From: Malacoraja senta
Lineage: Eukaryota
Length of the DNA: 64,000 nucleotides
Assembly (NCBI GenBank): GCA_038087875.1
Contig: CM075987.1
Coordinates: forward strand, 25,918,001 to 25,982,000
Direction: 5' to 3'
Every line of letters begins with the position of its first letter. The stretch's first letter is position 1. The position numbers and the translations under genes were made by a program. The notes beneath the pieces are model-generated. The model worked only from the letters and a program-made list of their open reading frames with translations. It ran no database searches and was not told where the DNA came from. Positions 1 to 10,115 of this stretch are shown piece after piece.

Positions 1-138
1 TATTCTTAAACTGTGGCCCCTGGTTCTGGAATCTGGTATCTTTCCTATAACATGGTGCCCAGAACTGAACACAATATTCTAAATGCGGTAATGGGCTAAC
101 TTTGCATGGCACTTCAAGCACCAGTGGAGTAAGTTCAT

Positions 139-338
139 NNNNNNNNNNNNNNNNNNNNNNNNNNNNNNNNNNNNNNNNNNNNNNNNNNNNNNNNNNNNNN
201 NNNNNNNNNNNNNNNNNNNNNNNNNNNNNNNNNNNNNNNNNNNNNNNNNNNNNNNNNNNNNNNNNNNNNNNNNNNNNNNNNNNNNNNNNNNNNNNNNNNN
301 NNNNNNNNNNNNNNNNNNNNNNNNNNNNNNNNNNNNNN
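139..338. other. Assembly gap (200 N)
   Basis: Run of N bases. Confidence 0.99.
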
Positions 339-626
339 GTTGAGGCTGGGACAATCCCAACATTTAAGACCCAATCCTTCTCTCCAGAGATCCTGCCTGT
401 CCCACTCAGTTACTCCAGTATTTTGTGTCTACCAACATTTAAGAAACAGACAGGTACATGGATAGGACAGGTTTGGAGGGATATGGACCAAACGTGGCCA
501 GGTGGGACTAGTGTAGCTGGGACATGTTGGCCGGTGTGGGCAAGTTGACTTGATGTCAACTCTTTTTCTCCCTCCAAACTTTTAGCAAGCCTTTACCACA
601 ACCCCTTACGCCAATTAGTTGCTTAC

Positions 627-736
627 CGATTAGTAACCAAATGTTGATTGAAGCTCAAACCCATTTTGTTACAATTGGTAGACGTTTCTCTTACACCTTT
701 CTTCTCCCCACTTGAATGAGAACACAAGGAAGTCAC
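627..736 (-). other. Candidate exon (110 nt) of an unidentified minus-strand transcript
   Basis: Minus strand: TTTTTTTTTTAAATCAG| acceptor and CG|GTAAGC donor in unique sequence; no recognised product. Confidence 0.3.
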
Positions 737-1119
737 CTGATTTAAAAAAAAAATGACAGGAGCCCATGAGAAAGATTCATTAGTATTTTAGTTTTGTGTG
801 GAGATACAGCAGGGAAAGAGGCCCTTCGGCCCACCGAGTCAACACCGGCCAGTGCACTAACACCACCCTACACACACGAGGGACAATTCTTTTTTTTTAC
901 ACACTTATACCAAGCCATTTAACCTACAAACCTGTACGTCTTTGGAGTGTGGGAAGAAACTGAAGATCTCGGAGAAAATCCACGCGGTCACGGGGAGAAC
1001 GTGCAAACTCCGTACAGACAGCACCCGTAAGGCAGCAACTCTACCACTGCGCCACCGTGCCGCCCTTAGAAGGATGTGGCCAAGAACTCAGAGGACCAAC
1101 CATGGGGAAATATGTAAGA

Positions 1120-1346
1120 CAAGGGTTCCACAACCTGGGGTAAACTTACCCCTAGGGGTAAATTTCACCTACCCAGGGGGTAAATTTGTTGATTCTGGAT
1201 ATGTACATATTTTTTTCTTATTGACTGACTGTGTTTGGTTCTGGTATACCGGCATCATTAGTTGTTCATAAATAAGTGAAATAACATTGTTATGTGCTAT
1301 TAAAGTGGCCAGTGGTAAACGGGACGAAAAAGGTTGGGAACCCCTG
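1120..1346. mobile_element. hAT (Charlie-like) non-autonomous DNA transposon
   Basis: TIRs CAAGGGTTCCACAACCT / AGGTTGGGAACCCCTG; 8-bp TSD atgtaaga (1112-1119) / aggtaaga (1347-1354). Confidence 0.8.
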
Positions 1347-1385
1347 AGGTAAGACACACCAGGTAAATTAGGAAACAGGACTCAC

Positions 1386-1398
1386 TTAACTGAAAAAC
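1386..1398 (-). other. Candidate 13-nt microexon
   Basis: Minus strand: TTTTCTTTTCGCTCCCGTTTTGCAG|GTTTTTCAGTTAA|GTGAGT. Confidence 0.3.
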
Positions 1399-1924
1399 CT
1401 GCAAAACGGGAGCGAAAAGAAAACTAAGGGATTACCCCAGTGTGAAATGTTAGAAAATAATGGACTGTGCTATTTTGGAATAGTTTAATAAATCTCAAAT
1501 ATCGCCATAAATGTAATGAACGGATGGTGTTTGAGTCTGTTGGACATATGATAGAGGCCAAGATATCCAGTTTCTTCCCATATTCCGAAGACGTGGAAGT
1601 TGGTAGGTTAATTGACCTCTGTAAATTGTCCTTTGTGTGTAGGATAGAACTGGTGACGGCAAGTTGCCAACTTTGGGTAAATTTATCTCAATTACATCGC
1701 AGTAGAGATTGGTGGATGTTTGCCGAGTGTTTGATTCTGGGGCCCTCGACTGTCAAAACTGTTCAAACTTCATCCCGGCCCAGGACTGATGCCCTCTGGT
1801 AAATGCAGAAGGACAGCAAGAGGGGGGAGTTTAGTATTACTTTCGGTTAGTTTGGAGATACAGCGTGGAAACAGGCACTTCGGCCCACGCCGACCAGCAA
1901 TCACCCCGTTTACTAGTTCTATCC

Positions 1925-2307
1925 ATGTAGGAAGGAACTGCAGATGCTGGTTTAAACCGAAGATAGATACAAAAAGCTGGAGTAACTCAGCGGGTCAGGC
2001 AGCATCTCTCGCTCCGTCCTCCCCCTTGCCTAGTCATTGTGCCAGTTTTACCGTCATCCTGGTGAGTCTCATTGTCTGTCACTCTTTTTCACCTAGCCCA
2101 CAGCCTGTTTCCTTTACCATCATTACTTTTTTGCATATCTTTCATTCATATGTTCTATATCTCTCTACATCACCGTCGATATCTCACATTTCCCTCTCCC
2201 CTGACTCTCCGTCTGAAGAAGGGTCTCGACCCGAAACGTCACCTATTCCTTTTCTCCAGAGATGCTGCCTGTCCCGTTGAGTTACTCCAGCTCTTTGTGT
2301 CTATCGC
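1925..2307 (+). mobile_element. Penelope-like 3' fragment with inverted 5' segment and hammerhead-like motif, inserted in a SINE
   Basis: Matches 3' end of the GIY-YIG element at 56290-57032; CTGAAGA..GAAACGTC at 2213-2240; 12-bp flanking duplication ctagttctatcc. Confidence 0.75.
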
Positions 2308-2606
2308 TAGTTCTATCCTACGCAGGAAGTACAATTTGCAGAGGTCAATTAGCCTACAAACCTCCACGTCTTCGGAATATGGGAAGAAACTGGAGCACCC
2401 GGAGGAAACCCACGCAGGTCACGGGGAGAACGTTCAAATTACACACAGACAGCACCCGTGGTCAGGATCGAACCCGGGTCTCTGGCGCTGTGAGGCAGCA
2501 ACTCTACCGCTGCGCCACTGTGCCACCCCGGAGTTGATAGATTGAGTTGGCAGTGTTATTGAAGGTTAGTTATTCTGAGAGCAGGCTTGCCTGAGATTAG
2601 GCTGAC

Positions 2607-2693
2607 CTGGATTCTCCAAGCGTTTGATGGGGAGTTTCTGGAGTGGCTGATCTGACCCAGAAATGACCACATTCCACTCCGGATAATAACACT
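2607..2693 (-). other. Candidate exon (87 nt)
   Basis: Minus strand TTTATTTTCCAG| acceptor; CAG|GTCAGC donor (alternative CAG|GCAAGC 16 nt further); two reading frames open. Confidence 0.3.
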
Positions 2694-2917
2694 CTGGAAA
2701 ATAAAATGTTTTTCAGAGCCACCCTGATAAAAAAAATAGCACAACCCTTTTACATTTTCTAGGACGGCAGCTTTTTCTTAAAGGTAAAGTGTAGTCAGGG
2801 ACCAAACTATTCTGATCTTGCTTACTGTAATTTTAAATCAAACCTTAGTTTTGTTTAGAGACACAGCGTGGAAACAGGCCCTCCGGCCCACGAGTCCCCG
2901 CCGACCAGCAATCCCCG

Positions 2918-3573
2918 TATAATATGATATAACTTTTTCATCCCCTGTTGAAAATTGGTCTGCCAACAGACTCAACACACGGGATGATGGAACTCCGACA
3001 TCAGAACAGAAGAACATCCTTAGCAGCTTGGACTTCTGAATCGGCCACTTCTTACCGGAGACCGCGGCTCCCGAAGTCCACAGGCCGAGCTGGGCGGAGA
3101 TTCAACGCTGGCGGCCCTCGGCAAAGGGATCCCAGGGCGCAGCGATGTTGAAGTCAGCGCCGCCTGCGGCTGAGCTCCGCAAACCACAGCTCCTCGATGT
3201 TGAAGCAGCAGGCCTAACACTCCGGAGCTTCAAACGGCGTTCCCAGGTAGGGCATCGCCCGCTCCGCGATGTCTCCAGCGCTGTGCCGCCGCTGCTGAAG
3301 CTCTGGTCCGGTCCCCGGCAGGAAAGGCTGCGTCAATCCAGTTGGTAGGCCGCGAGGAGGGGGGAGTGGACTCGACTCGGAGAATAGTCGCATCCTCGCC
3401 AGGAAGTGACTGGGAAACGGTTTCCCCCTTACCCCCCCCCCCCCCTCCCCCACATGGAAATACTAAAAAAAATCCTCCAAGACATACTTTTAAACAAACT
3501 AAAAATAAAAATAAGATAGAAAAGCAGACAGACTGTAGGCAGAGGCTGCCATCATGTGGCGCCCCCTAGTGGC
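2918..3573 (-). mobile_element. GC-rich non-autonomous retroposon, Rex/Babar-like 3' tail, CTCF-like motif at 5' end
   Basis: Shares blocks with 5694-6733, 14166-15042, 21414-22160; minus-strand 3' end aatttcaacaggggatgaaaaagttatatc. Confidence 0.6.
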
Positions 3574-3639
3574 ACACGTCTCTAGGATGTAAAAGAAAAT
3601 GGAGGCACCAGGAGGAAACTCATGCGGTTTACAAGAAAA

Positions 3640-3995
3640 GACACAAAGTGCTGGAGTAACTCAGCGGGTCAGGCAGCATCTCTGGAGAACGTGGATAGGT
3701 GACGTTTCACAGAGTGCTGGAGTAACTCAGCGGGTCAGGCAGCATCTGTGGAGAACATGGATAGGTGACGTTTCACAGAGTGCTGGAGTAACTCAGCGGG
3801 TCAGGCAGCATCTGTGGAGAACATGGATAGGTGACGTTTTGGGTCACGACACTTCTTCAGACTGATTGTGGTGGGGGGATTGAAGAAGGGTCTCGACCCG
3901 AAGCATCATAGGTTTGTTCACTCCAGAGATGCTGCCTGTCCCGCTGAGTTACTCCAGCATTTTGTGTCTAATTTCGGTGCAGTTCCTTCCTACAC
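3640..3995. repeat. Penelope-derived inverted pair with a 66-bp unit repeated three times
   Basis: Unit agtgctggagtaactcagcgggtcaggcagcatct..ggataggtgacgttt x3, then an oppositely oriented copy. Confidence 0.85.
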
Positions 3996-4289
3996 AATGG
4001 ATTACATTTCAGGTCGGCAGAAAGGAAATGTTTCTTCTGCCTAATGATATCATTGAGGTATCATAGGCGACAAAGCACTGAATATTGGAGGTGGAGAACA
4101 TAAGGAAAGTCATTATCCTGACAGAGATTGACTCTGAAGTATATTGCACATTATCACATCTGGTAGTTTCACTGCAATCCAAAGATATTCTTTTCCGAGA
4201 GCTTATAATATGCTTCAGTGCACTGCCATCTGAGATGACAGGAAGCTACAAATTTAGCATGCATAAAGAGGGAAAGGTAGAAATGGTGA

Positions 4290-4820
4290 GTGATTATGTT
4301 CTTGCACGTATCAATACTCCTATCAATCAACTCCATCTACACTGCACGCTGCCTCGGCAAGGCCAGCAGCATAATCAATGACCAGTCTCACCGTGGTCAC
4401 TCCCTCTTCTCCCCTCTCCCATCAGGCACGAGGTACAAAAGGCATGCGGGTTTGTAGGTCAAATGGCTTGGTGTGAATGTAAATTGTCCCTAGTGTGTGG
4501 AGGATAGAGTTATGGGCCTGTCCCACTTGGGCGTCATTTGCGCGTCACGCAGGTGGCGTGCGAGGATTTTGAGAATCCCCAAATCCTGGGGCGGCGAGCG
4601 CTACCGCGCGTCACTACCTACGTCACCACGTCTCACCACGCGCCATGCACGAGTAATGCACGCCATGCACGCTTTACGCGCGCGTCTTGCGTCATGGCGC
4701 GTAAACGACGCGCAATTAACGCCCAAGTGGAACAGGCCCTTTAGTGTGCAGGGATCGCTGGTCGGCGTGGATTCGGTGGGCTGAAGGGACGGTTTTCACG
4801 CTGTATCTCTAAACTAAACT
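4290..4820 (+). mobile_element. Chimeric Rex/Babar fragment joined to an HE1-type SINE 3' part
   Basis: Encodes SIYTARCLGKASSIINDQSHRGHSLFSPLPSGTRY (Rex1-type C-terminus) then SINE tail; second copy at 37315-37615 minus. Confidence 0.65.
4513..4740. mobile_element. PIF/Harbinger-like MITE
   Basis: TIR GGGCCTGTCCCACTTGGGCGT / ACGCCCAAGTGGAACAGGCCC; TTA TSD; empty site restores SINE consensus gatagagTTAgtgtgc. Confidence 0.8.
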
Positions 4821-4894
4821 ACAAAAAGTACAGAAGTGTGAAAATGCACACTTTCAGATTCGGGGACAGTTACTTCCCAGCTGTTATCACCAAA

Positions 4895-5622
4895 ATGAAC
4901 CATGCTATCGCCAACTAGAGAATGAACCATGCTATCGCCAACTAGAGAATGAACCATGCTATCGCCAACTAGAGAATGAACCATGCTATCGCCAACTAGA
5001 GAATGAACCATGTTATCGCCAACTAGAGAATGAACCATGCTATCGCCAACTAGAGAATGAACCATGCTATCGCCAACTAGAGAATGAACCATGCTATCGC
5101 CAACTAGAGAATGAACCATGTTATCGCCAACTAGAGAATGAACCATGTTATCGCCAACTAGAGAATGAACCATGCTATCGCCAACTAGAGAATGAACCAT
5201 GCTATCTCCAACTAGAGAATGAACCATGCTATCGCCAACTAGAGAATGAACCATGCTATCGCCAACTAGAGAATGAACCATGGTATCGCCAACTAGAGAA
5301 TGAACCATGCTATCACCAACTAGAGAATGAACCATGCTATCTCCAACTAGAGAATGAACCATGGTATCGCCAACTAGAGAATGATCCATGCTATCACCAA
5401 CTAGAGAATGAACCATGCTATCTCCAACTAGAGAATGAACCATGCTATCACCAACTAGAGAATGAACCATGCTATCGCCAACTAGAGAATGAACCATGCT
5501 ATCGCCAACTAGAGAATGAACCATGCTATCGCCAACTAGAGAATGAACCATGCTATCACCAACTAGAGAATGAACCATGCTATCGCCAACTAGAGAATGA
5601 ACCATGCTATCGCCAACTAGAG
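4895..5622. repeat. 27-bp minisatellite, about 27 units
   Basis: (AATGAACCATGCTATCGCCAACTAGAG)n with few variant positions. Confidence 0.97.
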
Positions 5623-5693
5623 AACATGCCTGACCTCCAATCTGCCTCATTGGAGACCCTCAGACCTTTATTGGATTTCACTCGACTTCATCG

Positions 5694-6733
5694 ATTTCAA
5701 GAGGAGGAGCCATCTTGAGGAACGGCTGCCAAACAGCAGCCGTCCGCTAATTGTACTTTTTTTCCAAGTTTTTTTTAGTTTTCTTTAAGTCTCTGTTTTT
5801 TTCCTTTATTTTGCCTTTGATGTGGGGGGATCAAGGAGAAATCACTTTCCGGTCCCTACCTGGTCGGTGAGGCAGCCTTCTCTCCGGCTGCCCAGTCGAC
5901 CCGTCCTTGCGGCCTACCAGCGGGCGTGGAGCGGCGTTTCCCGACGGGGGCCGCACAGCACCCTCAGCTTCGGTGGCGGCACGGCGCTGGAGCGCTATTG
6001 CGCAGCGGAGCGGGCGATGCCTTGCCTGGGTCGCCGCGCTGGACCGACGCGCTGGAGCTCCGGTGAGCTGGACCGCCGAGCTCAACACCTCCGGGCTGCG
6101 GGACCGTGGAGCGACCATCCGCGGGCGGCGGCGCCGACTCCAACATCGGGAGCCTCGTGGCTCCGAATCGGCGCGGCCTTGTCGGCTTCAGGTGCTGCGG
6201 ACGCCTGCGGGGAATCGGCCGTTCCAGCCGTAGTTGCGGCCTCCGGTGTGGGATGCGGCCGTTCCAGGTGGCCCTGCTGCTGGAGGACTCTCCCGACACC
6301 GGGGCTACATCACCCGGCGAGAACGGCCAGGATCATCGGGCCTCCGTAGAGGCAATAGCGGGGGCTTCATTTGGCCTGACTTTTTTGGGTGAACTGGGGC
6401 TGGGGACTGGACATTGTGCCTTCCCCCACAGTGGAAATCATTGTGGGGGGATGATTTTTGTATGTAATTGTTTGTAATTGTATTTGTTAGTCTGTGTTCA
6501 GGATGGCGGTCGGAGGGGAGAGTGGACGCTGGCGCAGTTTCGCTGCCGCTGCTCTCTCCTCAAATTGTGCTTCTGATTTTCTTTTTTGTGTTTTTGGAAG
6601 GAATTCTGTCCCTGATTTGTGTATTGGTCTTTATAACTTATTTTTTTTATCTGATTATATGTTTCCTATAAATCTCTGTAAGGTGTCCTTGAGACCTCGG
6701 TATAAGGCGCCCGTAAATAAAATTCATTATTAT
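5694..6733 (+). mobile_element. GC-rich non-autonomous retroposon with L2-type 3' tail
   Basis: CpG-rich body; 3' end tgtaaggtgtccttgag..aaggcgcccgtaaataaaattcattattat; close copy at 21414-22160 minus. Confidence 0.7.
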
Positions 6734-7814
6734 CCCATACTAACCGTTATTCCCTTTATCCTGTATCTCTGTACACTGCGGACGGTTTGGTTATAATCAT
6801 GTATCTACAGTCTCTTCGCTGGTTGGATAGCATGCTGCAGAAAGGCTGTTCACTACACCTCAGTACATGTGACAATAAACTAAACTAAACTAAAATGCAG
6901 TTTGGAAGAGATTTTAGCCCTAACGCTGCACAATCAGTCCCCATCGGGTTTGGAATGTGAAATGGTTCTTATCTAAGATGTTAGGGATAAAGGAACCGAC
7001 TTGTAGGAGCTGGCTTGTAAGACATAGACAATACAGCACAGGAACAGGCCCTTCAGCCCACAATGTCCGTGCTGGACATGACGCCAAGTTAAATTATTCT
7101 TCTCTGCCTGCACGTGATTTATAACCCTCCATTCCTTGCCTATCCACGTGCCGATATAAAAGCCTGCTCAATGCCACTATCGTATCTGCTTCCATCACCA
7201 CCACTGGCCGCGTACTCCAAGCACTCACCACTCCCTGTGTAAAAAAACCCTCCAATGTAGAATTGATGTAGGTGGCAATCTTCATGTCCATAACTTCTAG
7301 GAGCAGAATTAGGCCATGCGGCCCCTCAAGTCAATTCCGCCATTCAAAATCATGGCTGTGCTATCTTCCTCTCTTAACCCCATTCTCCTGCCTTCTCCCC
7401 ATAACCCCTGACACCCGCACTAATCAAGAATCTATCTATCTCTGCCTTTAAAATATCCATTGATGGCCTCCACAGACTTCTGTGGCAAATAATTCCACAG
7501 GTTCACCAGAAATTCCTCATCTCCTTCCTAGTGGAACATCCTTTAATTCTGAGGCTGTGACCTCTGGCCCTAGACTCTCCCACCACATGGAAATGACAGG
7601 AACAACTAATGCAGGTTGTCACCCAGTACAAGTGCGATGTTAGCCAATGGTCAACTGCAGCGTACAACACACTGTTACTGATGTGATGTGCAGCAAGATA
7701 GACTCTAAATGCTGGCGTAACTCAACGGGTCAGGCAGCATCTCTGGAGAATAGGAAGAGGTGACGTTTCAGGTCGAGAACCTTCTTCAGACTCAGACTTC
7801 AGACTAGTCCACAT

Positions 7815-8138
7815 GCGGCTCGGTGACGCAGCGCTAGAGTTGCTGCCTTACAGCGCTTGCAGCTCCGGACACCCGGGTTCGATCTCAACTACGGGTGCTG
7901 TCTGTAGGGAGTTTGTACGTTCTCCCCGTGACCAGCGTGGGTTTTCTCCGAGATCTTCGGTTTCCTCCCGCACTGCAAAGACGTGCAGGTTTGTGGGTAA
8001 ATCGGCTTGGTGTAGGTGTAAGTTGTCCGTGGTGTGTGTAGGTTAGTGTTAATGTGCGGGGATCGCAGGTCGGCATGGAGTCAATGGGCCAAAGGTCCTG
8101 TTTCAGCACTGTATCTCTAACCCAAACTAAACTAAACT
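7815..8138 (+). mobile_element. tRNA-derived HE1/V-type SINE (representative; more than 25 full or partial copies in window)
   Basis: Pol III A box TG(G/A)CGCAGCG, B box GGTTCGATC, central ttctccccgtgacc..gcgtgggttt domain, (CTAAA)n tail. Confidence 0.85.
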
Positions 8139-8520
8139 GATGAAGGGTATTAGTTTAGCAACCTCCTCCCGCAGTTCTTTCTTGAACATTTTGTCTGCGC
8201 CACTGCGAAATCTCCTCAAGGTATGTCTACTTCGAAGAAGTCCTCCTCCTCTTTCCGAAGACAGTTTAGCGACCTCCTCTCTGCAATTCTTTCTTAAACA
8301 AGGGTCAATACTCGAAATGTCACCTGTTCAGTTTCTCTAGAGGTGAGGGCAGACATTGGCCAGATTCAGAATCATTACATGGGTCAGAAGGGATTATTGG
8401 AAGAAGCATGCAAAAATAGAAAGAGAAGGTAATGAATGAGAGGGATGCTACCAATGAAAACATCTAAACAGGGAGAGGAATCCCTCTGTGTGAGAGAGAG
8501 GGAGTGTGTATAATGTGCAG

Positions 8521-8625
8521 CCTGATGCTTTGATTTGTGTGGCTTCTATGTATGAGAAGCGAAGGCAGGGAAAATCAGGGCTCCACTTCACATGCATAGA
8601 TGCCACACAAAATCAAAGCACCAGG
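8521..8625. repeat. Imperfect inverted repeat (about 46-bp arms, short loop) in unique DNA
   Basis: cctgatgctttgatttgtgtggcttctatgtatgagaag pairs with cttcacatgcatagatgccacacaaaatcaaagcaccagg. Confidence 0.8.
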
Positions 8626-9974
8626 TGCCGTATAACACACACAGGCTCCTTCTCGCGCTCAGTGTTGAAGACTTTCTCTCCCTGTCAAGGTATTGCATTG
8701 GTAACACTGATTAGTTACTTTCTGTTTGGATCTGCGACAGGACTTCAGAGTCACGGTGCTGAAACAAATATACATGTTGTTTGTACAACTGACTGACACA
8801 GGAACAGATTGTTCCCTTAAGGCAGCGAGGCCGTTGATAAGAGATGTACTCACTCACCTTCCCAACAAAGCGCATTCAATCTCAAGGCGTAGATAGACAC
8901 AAAATACTGGAGTAACTCAGCGGGACAGGCAGCATCTCTGGAGAGAAGGAACGGGTGACGTTTCGGGTCGAGACCCTTCTTCAGACTGAGATCTCAAGGC
9001 GTATATGGGTGAATTTCTGGCAGTATTGTGGCAAATGCATTTCAGGGTCTGTGACAATGGCCGATAATTTCAAGGTATTGCCAATAATTGTAACTGATTG
9101 GCCGGCGCGGTGGCGCAGCGGTAGAGCTGGTGCCTTACAGCGCCAGAGACCCGGGTTCGATCCTGACCACCGGAGCTGACTGTATGGAGTTTGTATGTTC
9201 TCCCATTGACCTGCGTGGGTTTTCTCCGGGAGCTCTGGTTTCCTCCCACACCCCAAAGACGTACAGGTTTGTTGGTTAATTGTCTTTGGTGAAATTGTAA
9301 ATTGTCCCTAGTGTGTGTAGGATAGTGCTGGTGTATGGGGATGGCTAGTCGGTACGGACTCGGTGGGCCTGTTTCCACCCTGTATCTCTCAACTAAACCA
9401 AACGAAACACGTTGCTTGTACAGCTGACTGACACAGGAATACTTTTGTGGTAGAAATACCTATGATAATAAATGTACCCACCCACCTGTAGAACAAGGTC
9501 AAGACTGTATGGGTGACGTTCTGTCAGCACTGCGGCAAAGTACTCCAAAGACGTACAGGTTTGTAGGTTGATATAAGTGTAAAATTGGCCCTAGTATGTG
9601 TAGGTTAGTGTTAGTGTGCGGGGATCGCTGGTCGGTGCAGACTCAGTTGTCTGAAGGGCCTGTTTCCGCACTGTATCTCTAAACATAACTAAACTAAATT
9701 AAATGTATTGCATGGTCTATGGCATGGGCCAATAATTGCAAATAAATGTCAATAATAGTCACTGACTACTATGCACAGTCTAAGTGATTAGTCAAGGATT
9801 GGTTTGGAAGTTCGTTTGGAAGGATGAATTCTTACTTTAAAACACTGAAACACAAATATGCTGAAATTTCAAAAAATTGGCTCATTGTGAGACATTCTTT
9901 CAGAACTCAGCTTGTGACTATGGAGTTCATTTCTATGTTTACACAAAAAATTGATTCCTAACATTAACTACAAT

Positions 9975-10115
9975 ATCTTCTTCTTGCGTGTGGCGTGCAC
10001 AGCCTAAAGTTGTAGGACAACTTGTTCTATTCGATCTTATTTGATTGTGCACGCCAGGTTGATTGCATTCGTCGAAACAGGGCGGACCACGTGAAGGTTG
10101 CAATCTCCCACCCCC
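9975..10115 (-). mobile_element. Short non-autonomous retroposon, probably Vingi/ingi-dependent
   Basis: 9-bp TSD AACTACAAT (9966-9974, 10116-10124); minus-strand 3' end ctgtgcacgccacacgcAAGAAGAAGA; no Pol III boxes. Confidence 0.75.
10061..10114 (-). ncRNA. Minimal HDV/CPEB3-like self-cleaving ribozyme (predicted)
   Basis: P1 GGGGUGG/CCGCCCU with G1.U wobble, P2 GAUUGCA/UGCAAUC, P3 ACC/GGU, L3 UUCACGU, J4/2 CGAA. Confidence 0.8.

Larger units (their letters stand above)
4855..6895 (+). mobile_element. Rex/Babar LINE 3' end, containing a minisatellite and interrupted by a GC-rich element
   Basis: RFGDSYFPAVITKMN (Rex-type C-terminus); 3' UTR resumes about 6734 and ends in (TAAAC)n; related copy around 49260-49840. 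Confidence 0.7.

Noticed and set aside
79..548. ORFs spanning the N run
   Set aside because: Open only because of the gap
4814..5650. 278-aa ORF of MVHSLVGDS repeats
   Set aside because: Artefact of a stop-free 27-bp minisatellite. It is not a CRISPR array either, since there are no spacers
5822..6477. Overlapping ORFs in the GC-rich elements
   Set aside because: Expected from high GC content; no domain motifs recognised
7815..7890. tRNA-like sequences with A and B boxes
   Set aside because: These are SINE heads continuing into body and tail, not tRNA genes
8858..9545. Possible decayed exons (PEMHLPQY..LLGR; EYFAAVLTERHPYSLDLVLQ) with donors
   Set aside because: One is interrupted by a Penelope fragment, the other abuts a SINE, and neither has recognisable homology
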